A stretch of DNA of 63,877 nucleotides, filler included, from Lama guanicoe (Eukaryota): assembly GCA_013239625.1 (NCBI GenBank). It is 76 parts of 74 records of this genome, joined end to end, with 100 filler letters (N's around TTAATTAATTAA, not from the genome) between each part and the next. Parts side by side here need not be neighbours in the genome. Positions count along the whole stretch, not along the records: positions 12,273 to 13,092 come from MU056377.1; positions 13,193 to 13,505 come from MU056380.1; positions 13,606 to 13,825 come from MU056380.1; positions 13,926 to 14,776 come from MU056382.1; positions 14,877 to 15,447 come from MU056383.1; positions 15,548 to 16,306 come from PNXV01020646.1; positions 16,407 to 17,257 come from MU056386.1; positions 17,358 to 18,042 come from MU056387.1; 68 more parts are not named here. The stretch is one strand, 5' to 3'. The position numbers and the translations under genes are program-made. The stretch's first letter is position 1, and the number at the start of each line of letters is the position of its first letter. This document shows positions 12,273 through 25,685 of the stretch, piece by piece. The notes under the pieces were generated by a model that did no database searches, was not told the DNA's origin, and was given only the letters and a program-made list of their open reading frames with translations.

Positions 12273-13092
12273 AGTTTTGAGAGTTATGCGTGTGTGAAAG
12301 CCGTCCTTCACCTAGCGTGTTTTGAACACAAAGTTTCTGTTCAGTTGCAGACTGCACTCCATACATATATATGGGGAGGTACAAGCTCCAACTCGGTTTT
12401 AAAGTGAATACTGCAGGAACATCCAATCGGCTCTAAGAAACAGACTGAGAAACCAAAGTAAGGGTTTCTCCTGCAACCTGTTCCCTTTGTGCTGGATGAA
12501 CGAACGTCTCTCCACATGCTCAGTTCTGAGAGATAAGTGTGTGTGAAAGCCGTCNNNNNNNNNNNNNNNNNNNNNNNNNNNNNNNNNNNNNNNNNNNNNN
12601 NNNNNNNNNNNNNNNNNNNNNNNNNNNNNNNNNNNNNNNNNNNNNNNNNNNNNNNNNNNNNNNNNNNNNNNNNNNNNNNNNNNNNNNNNNNNNNNNNNNN
12701 NNNNNNNNNNNNNNNNNNNNNNNNNNNNNNNNNNNNNNNNNNNNNNNNNNNNNNNNNNNNNNNNNNNNNNNNNNNNNNNNNNNNNNNNNNNNNNNNNNNN
12801 NNNNNNNNNNNNNNNNNNNNNNNNNNNNNNNNNNNNNNNNNNNNNNNNNNNNNNNNNNNNNNNNNNNNNNNNNNNNNNNNNNNNNNNNAGCTCCAACTTT
12901 ACAGTGAAAACTGCAGGAACTTCAAACCCGCACTAGGAAACAGACTGAGAAACCAGAGTAAGTGTTTCTCCTGCAAACTGTTCCATTTGTGCTAGCTGAA
13001 GGAACATCTCTCCACATGCTCAGTTTTGAGAGATAAGCTTGTCTGAAAGCCGTCCTTCACCTAGCTTGTTGGGAACACAAAATTTCTCTTCA
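12273..13092 (+). repeat. Satellite B, gapped
   Basis: Shares gaacgaacgtctctccacatgctcag and atatatggggaggtacaagctcc motifs. Confidence 0.92.
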
Positions 13093-13192
13093 NNNNNNNN
13101 NNNNNNNNNNNNNNNNNNNNNNNNNNNNNNNNNNNNTTAATTAATTAANNNNNNNNNNNNNNNNNNNNNNNNNNNNNNNNNNNNNNNNNNNN

Positions 13193-13505
13193 ATTATACT
13201 GTATATACAATTTAGACTACTGAATGTAGAACACAGAATAAAGAATATAGAATACCGAATACTGAGTATACAAGTTTGAAAATAGAATGTAGAACACAGA
13301 ATTTAGAATATAGTATAAGGAATGCATAATATAGAAAACAGAATACAGAATGTAGAACACAGAATATAGGATATGGGAAACAGAATACAGAACCCAGAAT
13401 TTAGCACATGGAATGCAGAACACAGAATTTAGAGTATAGAATACAGAATACTGAATATAAAATTTAGAATATAGAATGTAAAACAGAATTTAGAATATAG
13501 ATTAA
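13193..13505 (-). repeat. Satellite A
   Basis: ATAGAAT heptamers. Confidence 0.92.
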
Positions 13506-13605
13506 NNNNNNNNNNNNNNNNNNNNNNNNNNNNNNNNNNNNNNNNNNNNTTAATTAATTAANNNNNNNNNNNNNNNNNNNNNNNNNNNNNNNNNNNNNNN
13601 NNNNN

Positions 13606-13825
13606 AAACCAGAATTTAGAACATTGAATGCAGAACACAGAATTTAGAATATATACTACAGAATACTTAATATACAATTTAGAATATAGAATGTATATCA
13701 CACAATATAGCATATAGAAAACGGAATACAGAATATAGATTTAACAATATAGAATGAAGAACACAGAATATAGAAAATAGAATACAGAATTAAGAATTTA
13801 GAATACAGAATATAGAATCTAGAAA
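13606..13825 (-). repeat. Satellite A
   Basis: ATAGAAT heptamers. Confidence 0.92.
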
Positions 13826-13925
13826 NNNNNNNNNNNNNNNNNNNNNNNNNNNNNNNNNNNNNNNNNNNNTTAATTAATTAANNNNNNNNNNNNNNNNNNN
13901 NNNNNNNNNNNNNNNNNNNNNNNNN

Positions 13926-14146
13926 AATAGAGTAGCCACAGCCACTGATGCTAGGAGCGCTGGGGAGGAGGCTGATCTTAGCTGAGATGTGCTGTAGGTC
14001 AAATGCACATCAGATGCTGAAACTTGTCTAGTAAAAAGAATGTAAACTATCTTCTTACTTTCTATATTGATTACATGTCCATATGATAGTATTTTATATA
14101 CAGTAGAATAAGTAAGATCTGTTCTTAAAATCAGTTTCTAGTTTTT
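13926..14146. mobile_element. MER33/MER3-like hAT-Charlie MITE fragment
   Basis: gtagccac...tgagatgtgctgta...aaagaatgtaaa...tatattgattacatgt match the recalled MER33 consensus. Confidence 0.65.
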
Positions 14147-15556
14147 NNNNNNNNNNNNNNNNNNNNNNNNNNNNNNNNNNNNNNNNNNNNNNNNNNNNNN
14201 NNNNNNNNNNNNNNNNNNNNNNNNNNNNNNNNNNNNNNNNNNNNNNNNNNNNNNNNNNNNNNNNNNNNNNNNNNNNNNNNNNNNNNNNNNNNNNNNNNNN
14301 NNNNNNNNNNNNNNNNNNNNNNNNNNNNNNNNNNNNNNNNNNNNNNNNNNNNNNNNNNNNNNNNNNNNNNNNNNNNNNNNNNNNNNNNNNNNNNNNNNNN
14401 NNNNNNNNNNNNNNNNNNNNNNNNNNNNNNNNNNNNNNNNNNNNNNNNNNNNNNNNNNNNNNNNNNNNNNNNNNNNNNNNNNNNNNNNNNNNNNNNNNNN
14501 NNNNNNNNNNNNNNNNNNNNNNNNNNNNNNNNNNNNNNNNNNNNNNNNNNNNNNNNNNNNNNNNNNNNNNNNNNNNNNNNNNNNNNNNNNCCTGTGTATC
14601 TTTCAAGTTGTCCCTCGGGCAGAAGAGGGTGAGATGTCTTTGCCGATGGGTGGTCCCCCTTTACTGGGGAGATTGAGGGGAGCTGTGTCCCCCCGGCCTA
14701 CGGCCTTAGGCCTTGAGTCTTGAGAGTACTCATGGCGGTCCCACAGGTGACGGTCGGAGGACCTGGCACGTGCTGCNNNNNNNNNNNNNNNNNNNNNNNN
14801 NNNNNNNNNNNNNNNNNNNNTTAATTAATTAANNNNNNNNNNNNNNNNNNNNNNNNNNNNNNNNNNNNNNNNNNNNATTATTTATTATTTCTTTATATGA
14901 TATTATTTTACTTTCAAAGTTCAGATTTTTCGGTTCTTGGAGGAATTTTTTCGGGGTTTGGAGAAATAACTTTGCTCTTACCATCTTTATGACCTGTTGT
15001 TATATGCCTCTCACCTGTCTCCAGTCACTTGTGAGGCGGTTCCTTTTGTGACCCTGTCCGGGTTGTTCATGTTATAAAACAAAAATTCTGTAAAAGTACA
15101 GTCCCCTTTAATCCGAAGACATTCCACAATTACTCCTTTAAACTGGGTGTGGTTTTAAGAAGACAGAATCATTGAACATGTCCTTGCCGGTTGCTAGTGC
15201 AAAATCTCCAAATCAATAGTCTAGATCAACAAATCTTTCTAATCTACATTGGATTTGTATGGATAAGTGAAGCAGTTTGCTAAGAACTCAAGACCAGGTT
15301 TAGAACACAGGCTGGTGTAGTTCAGCAGGTCCTCCCAAGCTGATGCTCTGACAGACGGCGGGACCAAGGGGAGAGGGCGTGTCCTGCCCTCCCTGTGCTG
15401 ACAGTTTCATGGCAAAGACTTTCACCGGGTGAAGAACTTGGAGTTTCNNNNNNNNNNNNNNNNNNNNNNNNNNNNNNNNNNNNNNNNNNNNTTAATTAAT
15501 TAANNNNNNNNNNNNNNNNNNNNNNNNNNNNNNNNNNNNNNNNNNNNAAAAAATTT

Positions 15557-15616
15557 ATATATACATATACATGTATTGCATACATACATATATATAGAGA
15601 GAGAGAGAGAGAGAGA
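15557..15616 (+). repeat. Compound (TA/TACA)-(GA)n microsatellite
   Basis: atatatacatatac...tatata followed by ~10 AG units. Confidence 0.85.
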
Positions 15617-16406
15617 CTACAGGGTGCAATATTTGAAAGCAAGATTTTTCTAGCTCAAACTTACTATTGATTGCTGTTAGACGTGTGCAGCTGGACAAAT
15701 GTCAACCAGGAAAGTTGCTTTGATAACATTAAGCACAAAGACAAAGGGAAAAAAAATACATAGAGAGAGAAAGAGAGAAGGAATTCAGTTGATTCTCCTG
15801 GTGGTACCCAGCAGACTGTATGGAGCAGATGTAGGACTAAGAGTTCTGAATCCACCACCAATCCCACTACTCAGCTCCCCTAGACCCCACCAGAAACAGT
15901 GAGCTGCCCTGCGCCCGGCGTGGGAGCTGAGAGGAGCCTGAGACCGCCCGCGGCCAGCCTTACCAGCCTCACCAGCCTTACCAAGGCAGACGGACGCTAC
16001 GACGATTCTCAGCAACCCAGGGAACCGCATGTCGGAAGCTCTGCCTCTGAGGGAAATGGGCTGTGTTCTCTCCCAGATTCAGGTCTAAGTGCCTGGCCTG
16101 TGTCTGACACAGCACGTGCCCAGTCACTGAGCTGTGAGATGCTGTGCACCGGAACAGGAAATGAAACTTGCTGGTCTCCGGTTGCCTGTGTCATGGCGTA
16201 GCGTGTTGACACAGTTGATTATTCTAACCTACCTGTTTAGACTTATTGTAATTAGACTGACAACAGATATGTCAGAGCTGCAATCTACCTTTTGCCATAT
16301 GCAGCCNNNNNNNNNNNNNNNNNNNNNNNNNNNNNNNNNNNNNNNNNNNNTTAATTAATTAANNNNNNNNNNNNNNNNNNNNNNNNNNNNNNNNNNNNNN
16401 NNNNNN

Positions 16407-17257
16407 CCTGAGCGTGGGGAGGTTCCATCAACGGTCGGCAGCGCGTGTGTTCTAATGGAATGCCTAACTTAGTTTTCCCTGAGTGTTTGGTTAATGTCTG
16501 GCTGCCAGGGAATGCTGGGGTTTGCACTGGCATGCCCAGTGTCAGCGGCTGCCTCCCCAAGGTCAGGGAAGCTATTTCTCGGACTTCCCCCTAACAGGGA
16601 ACACCTGTGACTGNNNNNNNNNNNNNNNNNNNNNNNNNNNNNNNNNNNNNNNNNNNNNNNNNNNNNNNNNNNNNNNNNNNNNNNNNNNNNNNNNNNNNNN
16701 NNNNNNNNNNNNNNNNNNNNNNNNNNNNNNNNNNNNNNNNNNNNNNNNNNNNNNNNNNNNNNNNNNNNNNNNNNNNNNNNNNNNNNNNNNNNNNNNNNNN
16801 NNNNNNNNNNNNNNNNNNNNNNNNNNNNNNNNNNNNNNNNNNNNNNNNNNNNNNNNNNNNNNNNNNNNNNNNNNNNNNNNNNNNNNNNNNNNNNNNNNNN
16901 NNNNNNNNNNNNNNNNNNNNNNNNNNNNNNNNNNNNNNNNNNNNNNNNNNNNNNNNNNNNNNNNNNNNNNNNNNNNNNNNNNNNNNNNNNNNNNNNNNNN
17001 NNCCTGAGTGTTTTCCAAATATCTGTCTGCCAGGAAATGCTGGGGGTCTGCGCTGGCATTTCCAGTGTCAGCGGTTGCCTCCCCAAGGACAGGGAAGGAA
17101 TTTCTCGGACTTCCCCGTGGCAGGGAACACCTGTGACGGAAGGGAGCTGCGTGGAGTTGTCTCTGGAGCTCCCCCAAGCACACAAAATGGTTCTTGAATC
17201 CTGAGTGCGGGGAGGTTCCACCAGCATTCGGCAACGCGAGGATTCTAAGGCAGTGCC
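16407..17257 (-). repeat. Satellite C (~267 bp), variant subfamily C2
   Basis: Reverse complement of C motifs with diagnostic gccagtgcaaaccccagc/gcagccagacatt variants. Confidence 0.88.
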
Positions 17258-18264
17258 NNNNNNNNNNNNNNNNNNNNNNNNNNNNNNNNNNNNNNNNNNN
17301 NTTAATTAATTAANNNNNNNNNNNNNNNNNNNNNNNNNNNNNNNNNNNNNNNNNNNNGAAAGAGCCTTCAGGGACAATGGGACAGTGAAAAGAGCAGGGG
17401 GAAACGGGGGTAGTGTGCTCTCAGAAAGTTACATTTTGTCTTTGAGGTCCCCAAGTGTTGGATGTGTGATTGCCCTTCCTGCTGTCTACAAAATAAAAAT
17501 TGAATATGGTTCAGGGAAAATGCTATTTCATTCTAAGAGGCTGCCTGTTTCTCAGGAATGGTCANNNNNNNNNNNNNNNNNNNNNNNNNNNNNNNNNNNN
17601 NNNNNNNNNNNNNNNNNNNNNNNNNNNNNNNNNNNNNNNNNNNNNNNNNNNNNNNNNNNNNNNNNNNNNNNNNNNNNNNNNNNNNNNNNNNNNNNNNNNN
17701 NNNNNNNNNNNNNNNNNNNNNNNNNNNNNNNNNNNNNNNNNNNNNNNNNNNNNNNNNNNNNNNNNNNNNNNNNNNNNNNNNNNNNNNNNNNNNNNNNNNN
17801 NNNNNNNNNNNNNNNNNTTAAGAAAATCCCGGCTAAGAATTACACAGCACAACCTCAGCTCAGAAGTATACAGCAGTAAAAAATGTTTAGCAGCAAAACT
17901 CCGTAACTACTCTTAAAGAATTTTGTAAACCTGGGTCTGCCCAGATGTTTGCAAACTGGAAAGGTACTCCAATCACCTGACTGGTATGGGAACCAGAGGC
18001 TGGTCAGCCTATTCTGTAAAACCCAGAGAGTAAATATTTTCANNNNNNNNNNNNNNNNNNNNNNNNNNNNNNNNNNNNNNNNNNNNTTAATTAATTAANN
18101 NNNNNNNNNNNNNNNNNNNNNNNNNNNNNNNNNNNNNNNNNNGTTACTTTATACCATATTCAAATATATCATATATATACACATTGAATATGCATTAGAA
18201 ATAAGCGACACTCTTTAGTATTCAGAGTTGATCATTCTAAAATATCTGTCATTGTGACAGTACA

Positions 18265-18430
18265 TTTTTATTAAGCACCTCTTGGGTTCTTTGTATACAA
18301 GGCATCTAACTCTCACAGTCAGACAAGGTAAACGATATTACTCAAATTTCACAAATGAGGAAATGTACTTAAGCCATGATAACAACTTACATATTCATCA
18401 ACAGGAAAGAAAAGAGTCAAGATTTTACTT
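18265..18430 (-). mobile_element. Possible MIR fragment
   Basis: tttattaagcac...tattactcaaatttcacaaatgaggaaa resembles the MIR core. Confidence 0.4.
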
Positions 18431-19789
18431 AGATTGCTCACTGACAATCTTTTCTTCCATATTAAGACTGCCGTGCAGGGCTGGGGCGGATATTGGCAGG
18501 AAATATTTCTGTCAGTAAGGGCCACTAGAGAATAATAAGTAACATCATTAGCAGTGGTTGGACTNNNNNNNNNNNNNNNNNNNNNNNNNNNNNNNNNNNN
18601 NNNNNNNNTTAATTAATTAANNNNNNNNNNNNNNNNNNNNNNNNNNNNNNNNNNNNNNNNNNNNAGGGGGCCATCTGGCAGATTACATGAGGACAGTGTA
18701 CAAAAGAGTGGGAAGGTTGATGGTATAAATGCATTTTAATTTTTGCTCCAAAACTGATTCTATCCTTCTGTTTTGTTAAGCAAGTGTTCTTGGGCCAGAC
18801 ATGATTCTCCTTTTTTCTTTCTATTTGATCATCCAAGAGGTTTAGATAGGGGATTTGTTTTAGGGTAAGAATCTTTAAAAAAAAAAACTTGCAAGTAGCG
18901 TCTTGTTAGGCATTTTGACAAGTGAATTCTCCAGGCAGTATTGAACCCCCTTGTTCCTCCAGGGGGTCTCAAAAGNNNNNNNNNNNNNNNNNNNNNNNNN
19001 NNNNNNNNNNNNNNNNNNNNNNNNNNNNNNNNNNNNNNNNNNNNNNNNNNNNNNNNNNNNNNNNNNNNNNNNNNNNNNNNNTAACGAAGGTGAGAAAAGA
19101 GCAGGTCCCCATAATCCAGAGTCCCTCCCAAAGAGCCCACAGAAGTAAAGAGGAGATGAACGAGAGAAACGTTTTATTTATACACACGCAGGAGCCAACA
19201 AGAAAAGTACCTACCATGTTAAATGGTGAAAGTTAAAGGCTTTTTTTTATCAACCTAACTTAATAGGGAAAAGGGAAAGGAGAGAATTGGCTTCCATGAC
19301 AGGTTTTCTTCTACATCTTTTGAATCTCAGTTATCTTCAGCTTAAAGAGGTTTCGTATTAACCGTGAGATCTATCTGACTTTTCATTCCTCAAACTTTGT
19401 TCTTCTTTTTCAAGATTCACTCATATATTCTGACCCCCTGGNNNNNNNNNNNNNNNNNNNNNNNNNNNNNNNNNNNNNNNNNNNNTTAATTAATTAANNN
19501 NNNNNNNNNNNNNNNNNNNNNNNNNNNNNNNNNNNNNNNNNAGTAACTTTCTTCATCAATTGGCTATTTTGATAAAAAGGAAGAAGCTGCCCAAGTTTAT
19601 TTATCTGCACTTGCAGCTTCTCTGAATAGTGTGAAGTAGTGAGAGGCGAGGGGGTGTGCAGCAGCCATTGTGCATGCTAAACTAAGGAAAGCACTTCTTT
19701 AATTTTAGGGTAGTCTTGTTTATTGTTACTGTTGTTGCTAATTGTTTCCGTATAGTTTGAAGCCTTACTCTTTAGTAAGTGAAAAAGAT

Positions 19790-20258
19790 GGTCTCTGATC
19801 ACATTCCTCATTGCAACTCACCCTTCTGAAACTACCACTCATTCAGTTGTGGTGCAATATCAAGAAGAGTCACAATTACCTGAAAAGGCTGCTAAAACAC
19901 TCCCTTTTCCAACTACTCATCTGTGGGAGGCTGGATTTTTTCATATCCCTCAATTAGAAACAACATAATTGCAAGAGACTAAATGCAAAAGCATATCTGA
20001 GAATCTAGTTTTGTTTTATTAAGCCAGACATTGGAGAAATTTGGAAAAAAATATGAAACAATGCCACTCTTTGCAGTAATATTTTTGGTTCTGAATAATA
20101 AAGTTATTTTTCAAAAATATGTTTTTTATGATAACATATAATAACTTTAATGTTATTATTTTAAGTTATTAAATATATGAAAAGTTCTCAGTTTTGCTTT
20201 CTAATATGATGAATAGAGGAAGCTGTAACTCACATAAACAAGAATTTTGGGGTTATCA
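19790..20258 (+). mobile_element. Charlie1-type hAT DNA transposon 3' fragment
   Basis: attgcaactcaccc...gaaactaccact...gaaaaggctg...cccttttccaactac...ttaagccagacatt...aacaatgccactctt match the recalled Charlie1 consensus. Confidence 0.78.
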
Positions 20259-20833
20259 NNNNNNNNNNNNNNNNNNNNNNNNNNNNNNNNNNNNNNNNNN
20301 NNNNNNNNNNNNNNNNNNNNNNNNNNNNNNNNNNNNNNNNNNNNNNNNNNNNNNNNNNNNNNNNNNNNNNNNNNNNNNNNNNNNNNNNNNNNNNNNNNNN
20401 NNNNNNNNNNNNNNNNNNNNNNNNNNNNNNNNNNNNNNNNNNNNNNNNNNNNNNNNNNNNNNGCCCTTGCTCTGAGCTGCTGGGATGCACGGGCACTTCT
20501 CTGAGAAACCCCGATGGTTCGTCGTAGCTTTGCTAATATCAGTGGGCCTTCTCTATCTGAATTTAGATATCCTTCAGAAGTTCTTTTCCCATGTAATTTT
20601 CTTGGTTTAAATGAAACCTTTACCGTTTAGGGATTTTTTGAGTCCCAGTATTTATGACAGTGCACATGTGACAGAGACTCACCCGTCACCATTGATCAGG
20701 GAAAGATAAATCTCATCTGAGTTTCTTTTCTTGNNNNNNNNNNNNNNNNNNNNNNNNNNNNNNNNNNNNNNNNNNNNTTAATTAATTAANNNNNNNNNNN
20801 NNNNNNNNNNNNNNNNNNNNNNNNNNNNNNNNN

Positions 20834-21295
20834 TGTGCCAGGGAATGCTAGGGGGGTTTGCAGGAAGTCCCAGGGACTGAGGTTGCATTCCCAAGGTCAG
20901 GGAATGTATTTCTCGGACTTCCCCGAACAGGGAACACCTGTGACTGAAGAGAGCTGCGTGGAGTTGTCTCTCGAGCTCCCCCACGCACTGACAATGGTTC
21001 CGGAATCGTGANNNNNNNNNNNNNNNNNNNNNNNNNNNNNNNNNNNNNNNNNNNNNNNNNNNNNNNNNNNNNNNNNNNNNNNNNNNNNNNNNNNNNNNNN
21101 NNNNNNNNNNNNNNNNNNNNNNNNNNNNNNNNNNNNNNNNNNNNNNNNNNNNNNNNNNNNNNNNGTTTTTCTCGGACTTCCCCGAACAGGGAACACCTGT
21201 GACTGAAGAGAGCTGCGTGGAGTTGTCTCTCAAGGTCCCCAACGCTCTGACAATGGTTCAGGAATCCTGAGCGTGTGGAGGTTCCACCAACGGTC
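20834..21295 (-). repeat. Satellite C
   Basis: ctcggacttccccgaacagggaacacctgtgactgaagagagctgcgtggagttgtctc. Confidence 0.92.
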
Positions 21296-21395
21296 NNNNN
21301 NNNNNNNNNNNNNNNNNNNNNNNNNNNNNNNNNNNNNNNTTAATTAATTAANNNNNNNNNNNNNNNNNNNNNNNNNNNNNNNNNNNNNNNNNNNN

Positions 21396-21846
21396 GTATT
21401 CTGTATTCAATATTCTGCATTCCGTATTCCATATTCTATATTCTATGATTTACATTCTATATTCTAAATTCTATATTCACTATTCCGTATTCTATATTTT
21501 GTACTTTGTGTTCTACATTCTATATTCTAAATTCTATATTCAGTAGTCTGTATACTATATTCTAAATTCTGTGTTCTGCATTACATGTTCTAAATTCTNN
21601 NNNNNNNNNNNNTTCTATATTCTGTGTTCTACATTCTATGTTCTAAATTGTATTTTCAGTTTTCTGTATTCTATATTCTTAATTCTGTGTTCTGCATTCC
21701 ATTTTCTAAATTCTGGTTTGTATATTCTCTATTCTATATTCTATACTTTGTGTTCTTCATTTATATTCTACATAATATATTCTGCATTCCGTATTCGATA
21801 TTCTATTTTCTGGGTTCTACATTCTATATTCTAAAAACTATATTCA
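21396..21846 (+). repeat. Satellite A
   Basis: ATTCTAT heptamers. Confidence 0.92.
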
Positions 21847-23201
21847 NNNNNNNNNNNNNNNNNNNNNNNNNNNNNNNNNNNNNNNNNNNNTTAATTAATT
21901 AANNNNNNNNNNNNNNNNNNNNNNNNNNNNNNNNNNNNNNNNNNNNTATTGACAAAATAACGAGAAGAAGGATGATGACGATCCTTTGCTTTCCAAACAG
22001 ATTGCATTGTGTTGTGGTCCTGAAGGATCTTTTTATCGCTGAAATCAGAAAAACTCAAGCCCCCAACCTGGACCCTTCATTCTCTAAGAAGCTATTTTAA
22101 AGAAGTAATGGAATGCAATGTTCGGTCCACATTTCATCTATTCACTCTTGCATCTGAAACTGGCCAAAGAGACTTCAAGTNNNNNNNNNNNNNNNNNNNN
22201 NNNNNNNNNNNNNNNNNNNNNNNNNNNNNNNNNNNNNNNNNNNNNNNNNNNNNNNNNNNNNNNNNNNNNNNNNNNNNNNNNNNNNNNNNNNNNNNNNNNN
22301 NNNNNNNNNNNNNNNNNNNNNNNNNNNNNNNNNNNNNNNNNNNNNNNNNNNNNNNNNNNNNNNNNNNNNNNNNNNNNNNNNNNNNNNNNNNNNNNNNNNN
22401 NNNNNNNNNNNNNNNNNNNNNNNNNNNNNNNNNNNNNNNNNNNNNNNNNNNNNNTCTTTGGGAAAAAACCCAATAGTTGAAAACTGAACCTTACAATGCA
22501 ATCAAAAGCTTTGCTTAAGCTACATAACATTTTAGAATCTGTTTTTCCCAGCAGCACAAAGAGGATATTATGTAAAATGCCCAGTGGGACAAGGTGGGTG
22601 CTGAGTAAATACTTATTAGCAGCATTATCACCACCCACACAGAGCATTTTTGTTAGGATTATGTTAAAAATATCATGAAAGTACTTAACAAAACCTAACA
22701 TAGTGGGCAAAATTAACTATTTCAATTTTTGTAATAACTTAGTGGTTAAGTCTTAAAAGCTGCTTACTAAAAGTAGGGTTGCTTGCTGAATTAAAAATAA
22801 CTTTGTGCAATACAAATCTCTAAGTTGCAGAATGAATTTCTTGGAGTGCTGCCATAATGAACATGGCTGAATAAATTGGCTCTGGGGATATCAAGAAGTC
22901 TCTCTGAGTGGTATAAGAATCAACTATGTTGATCTAAGTCTTGAAACAGTCCTTGTAAATTGATTGTGTGTGTGATCAACTTATTGTGGTGTTATCAAGA
23001 TGATTTAATGTACACAGAGGAAATGTAACTCCATGGTAATACTGGAATTACACAGTATGAATTTGTTTACACATACAGCAAATTTTTTTTCTCTCTGAAG
23101 ANNNNNNNNNNNNNNNNNNNNNNNNNNNNNNNNNNNNNNNNNNNNTTAATTAATTAANNNNNNNNNNNNNNNNNNNNNNNNNNNNNNNNNNNNNNNNNNN
23201 N

Positions 23202-24302
23202 AGAAACCCTGACTCTGGTTTCTCAGTCTGTTTCCTAGTGCCGTTTTGAAATGCCGGCCGTTTTCACTGTAAAGCCGAGTTGGAGCTTGTTCCTCCCCAT
23301 ATATATGTATGGAGTGGAGTTTGCAACTGAAAAGGAATTATGTGTTCCCTTCAAGCAAGCTGAAGGACGGCTTTCACACACACATATCTCTCAGAACTGA
23401 GCATGTGGAGAGACGTTCGTTCATCCAGCACAAAGGGAACGGTTTGCAGGAGAAACACTTACTCTGGATCCTCAGTCTGTTTCCNNNNNNNNNNNNNNNN
23501 NNNNNNNNNNNNNNNNNNNNNNNNNNNNNNNNNNNNNNNNNNNNNNNNNNNNNNNNNNNNNNNNNNNNNNNNNNNNNNNNNNNNNNNNNNNNNNNNNNNN
23601 NNNNNNNNNNNNNNNNNNNNNNNNNNNNNNNNNNNNNNNNNNNNNTCTCTCAGAACTGAGCATGTGGACAGACGTTCGTTCCTCCAGCACAAAGGGAATG
23701 TGATGCAGGAGAAACACTTACTCTGGTTTCTCAGTCTGTATCCTAGTGCCGGTTTGAAATTCCTACGGTTTGCTCTGTATTGCTGAGTTGGAGCTTGTTC
23801 CTCCCCATATATATGTATCGAGAGGAGTTGGCAAATGACAGGAAACTTTGTATTCCCTTCAAGCAAGCTGAAGGATGGCTTTAACACACATTTATCTCTC
23901 AGAACAGAGAATGTGGAGAGACGTTCATTCATCCAGCACAAAGGGAGCGGGTTGCAGGAGAAACCCTTACTCTGGTTTCTCAGTCTGTTTCCCAGTGCCG
24001 GTTTGAAGTGCCTGCCGTTTTCACTGTAAAACCGAGTTGGAGCTTGTACCTCCCCATATATATGTATGGATTGGAGTTTGCAACTGAAAAGAAACTTTGT
24101 GTTCCCTTCAAGCTAGGTGAAGGACGGCTTTCACACACACTTGTCTCTCAGAACTGAGCATGTGGACAAACGTTCGTTCATCCAGCACAAAGGGAATGTG
24201 TTGCAGGAGAAACACTAACTCTGGTTTCTCAGTCTGTATCCTAGTGCCGGTTAGAAATTCCTACGGTTTGCTCTATAATGCCGAGTTGGAGCTTGTTCCT
24301 CC
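23202..24302 (-). repeat. Satellite B with alternating monomer types
   Basis: Period 249; variant cctacggtttgctct at 23762 and 24260. Confidence 0.93.
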
Positions 24303-24402
24303 NNNNNNNNNNNNNNNNNNNNNNNNNNNNNNNNNNNNNNNNNNNNTTAATTAATTAANNNNNNNNNNNNNNNNNNNNNNNNNNNNNNNNNNNNNNNNNN
24401 NN

Positions 24403-25685
24403 TCTCTCAGAACTGAGCATGTGGAGAGAAGTTCGTTCATCCAGAAGAAAGGAAAATGGTTGCAGGAAAAACACTTACTCAGGTTTCACAGTCTGTTTCC
24501 TAGTGCAGATTTGAAGTGCCTGCCGTTTTCACTATAAAACCGAGGAGGAGCTTGTACATCCCCATATATATATATGGAGTGGGGTGTGCAACTTAAAAGA
24601 AACTTTGTGTTCCCTTCAGGCTAGGTGAAGGACGGCTTTAATACACACTTATCTCTCAGAATTGAGCATGTGGAGAGACGATCTTTCATCCAGCACAAAG
24701 GGAACGGGTTGCAGGAGAAACACTTACTCTGGTTTCCCAGTGTGTTTCCTAGTGCCGGTTTGAAGTGCCTGCCGTTTTCACTGTAAAACGGAGTTGGAGC
24801 TTGTACCTCCCCACATATATGTATGGAGTGGTGTTGGCTAATGAAAATTAACTTTGCGTTCCTTTCAAGCTAGGTGAAGGAAGGCTTTCACACACACTTA
24901 TCTCTCAGAACTTAGCACGTGGAGAGACGTTCGCTCATCCAGCACAAAGGGAACGGGTTGCAGGAGAAACCCTTACTCTGGTTTCTNNNNNNNNNNNNNN
25001 NNNNNNNNNNNNNNNNNNNNNNNNNNNNNNNNNNNNNNNNNNNNNNNNNNNNNNNNNNNNNNNNNNNNNNNNNNNNNNNNNNNNNNNNNNNNNNNNNNNN
25101 NNNNNNNNNNNNNNNNNNNNNNNNNNNNNNNNNNNNNNNNNNNNNNNNNNNNNNNNNNNNNNNNNNNNNNNNNNNNNNNNNNNNNNNNNNNNNNNNNNNN
25201 NNNNNNNNNNNNNNNNNNNNNNNNNNNNNNNNNNNNNNNNNNNNNNNNNNNNNNNNNNNNNNNNNNNNNNNNNNNNNNNNNNNNNNNNNNNNNNNNNNNN
25301 NNNNNNNNNNNNNNNNNNNNNNNNNNNNNNNNNNNNNNNNNNNNNNNNNNNNNNNNNNNNNNNNNNNNNNNNNNNNNNNNNNNNNNNNNNNNNNNNNNNN
25401 NNNNNNTCTCTCAGAACTGAGCATGTGGAGAGACGTTCGTTCATCCAGCACAAAGGGAACGGGTTGCAGGAGAAACACTTACTCCGTTTTCTCAGTCTGT
25501 TTCCTAGTGCCGGTTTGAAGTGCTGCCTTTTTCACTGTAAAACGGAGTTGGAGCTTGTAACTCCCCACATATATGTCTGTAGTGGAGATGGCAACTGAAA
25601 AGAAACTTCTTGTTTTCTTCAAGCTAAGTGAAGGATGGCTTTCACACACACATATCTCTCAGAACTGATCATGTGGAGAGACGTT
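24403..25685 (-). repeat. Satellite B
   Basis: gtggagag at 24421, 24670 and 24919 gives period 249. Confidence 0.94.

Noticed and set aside
21947..22046. Possible minus-strand exon (tttttctgatttcag acceptor; IKRSFRTTTQCNLFGKQRIVIILLLVILSI)
   Set aside because: Short and not recognisable as any protein; would need BLASTx support
24031..24110. Possible common origin of satellites B and C (shared gttgg...acctccccA and gtgttccct words)
   Set aside because: Matches are short and I could not extend them by eye; needs a statistical alignment
23645..25430. Several contigs start at the same word tctctcagaactgagcatgtgg
   Set aside because: Most likely assembly-graph breakpoints in a collapsed repeat, not biological cut sites
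23309..25518. Recurrent ORF peptides (DGFHTHLSLRTEHVERRSFIQHKG; GSSRDNSTQLSSVTG) resembling a gene family
   Set aside because: They are translations of satellite B and C monomers; frames and stops are not conserved between copies
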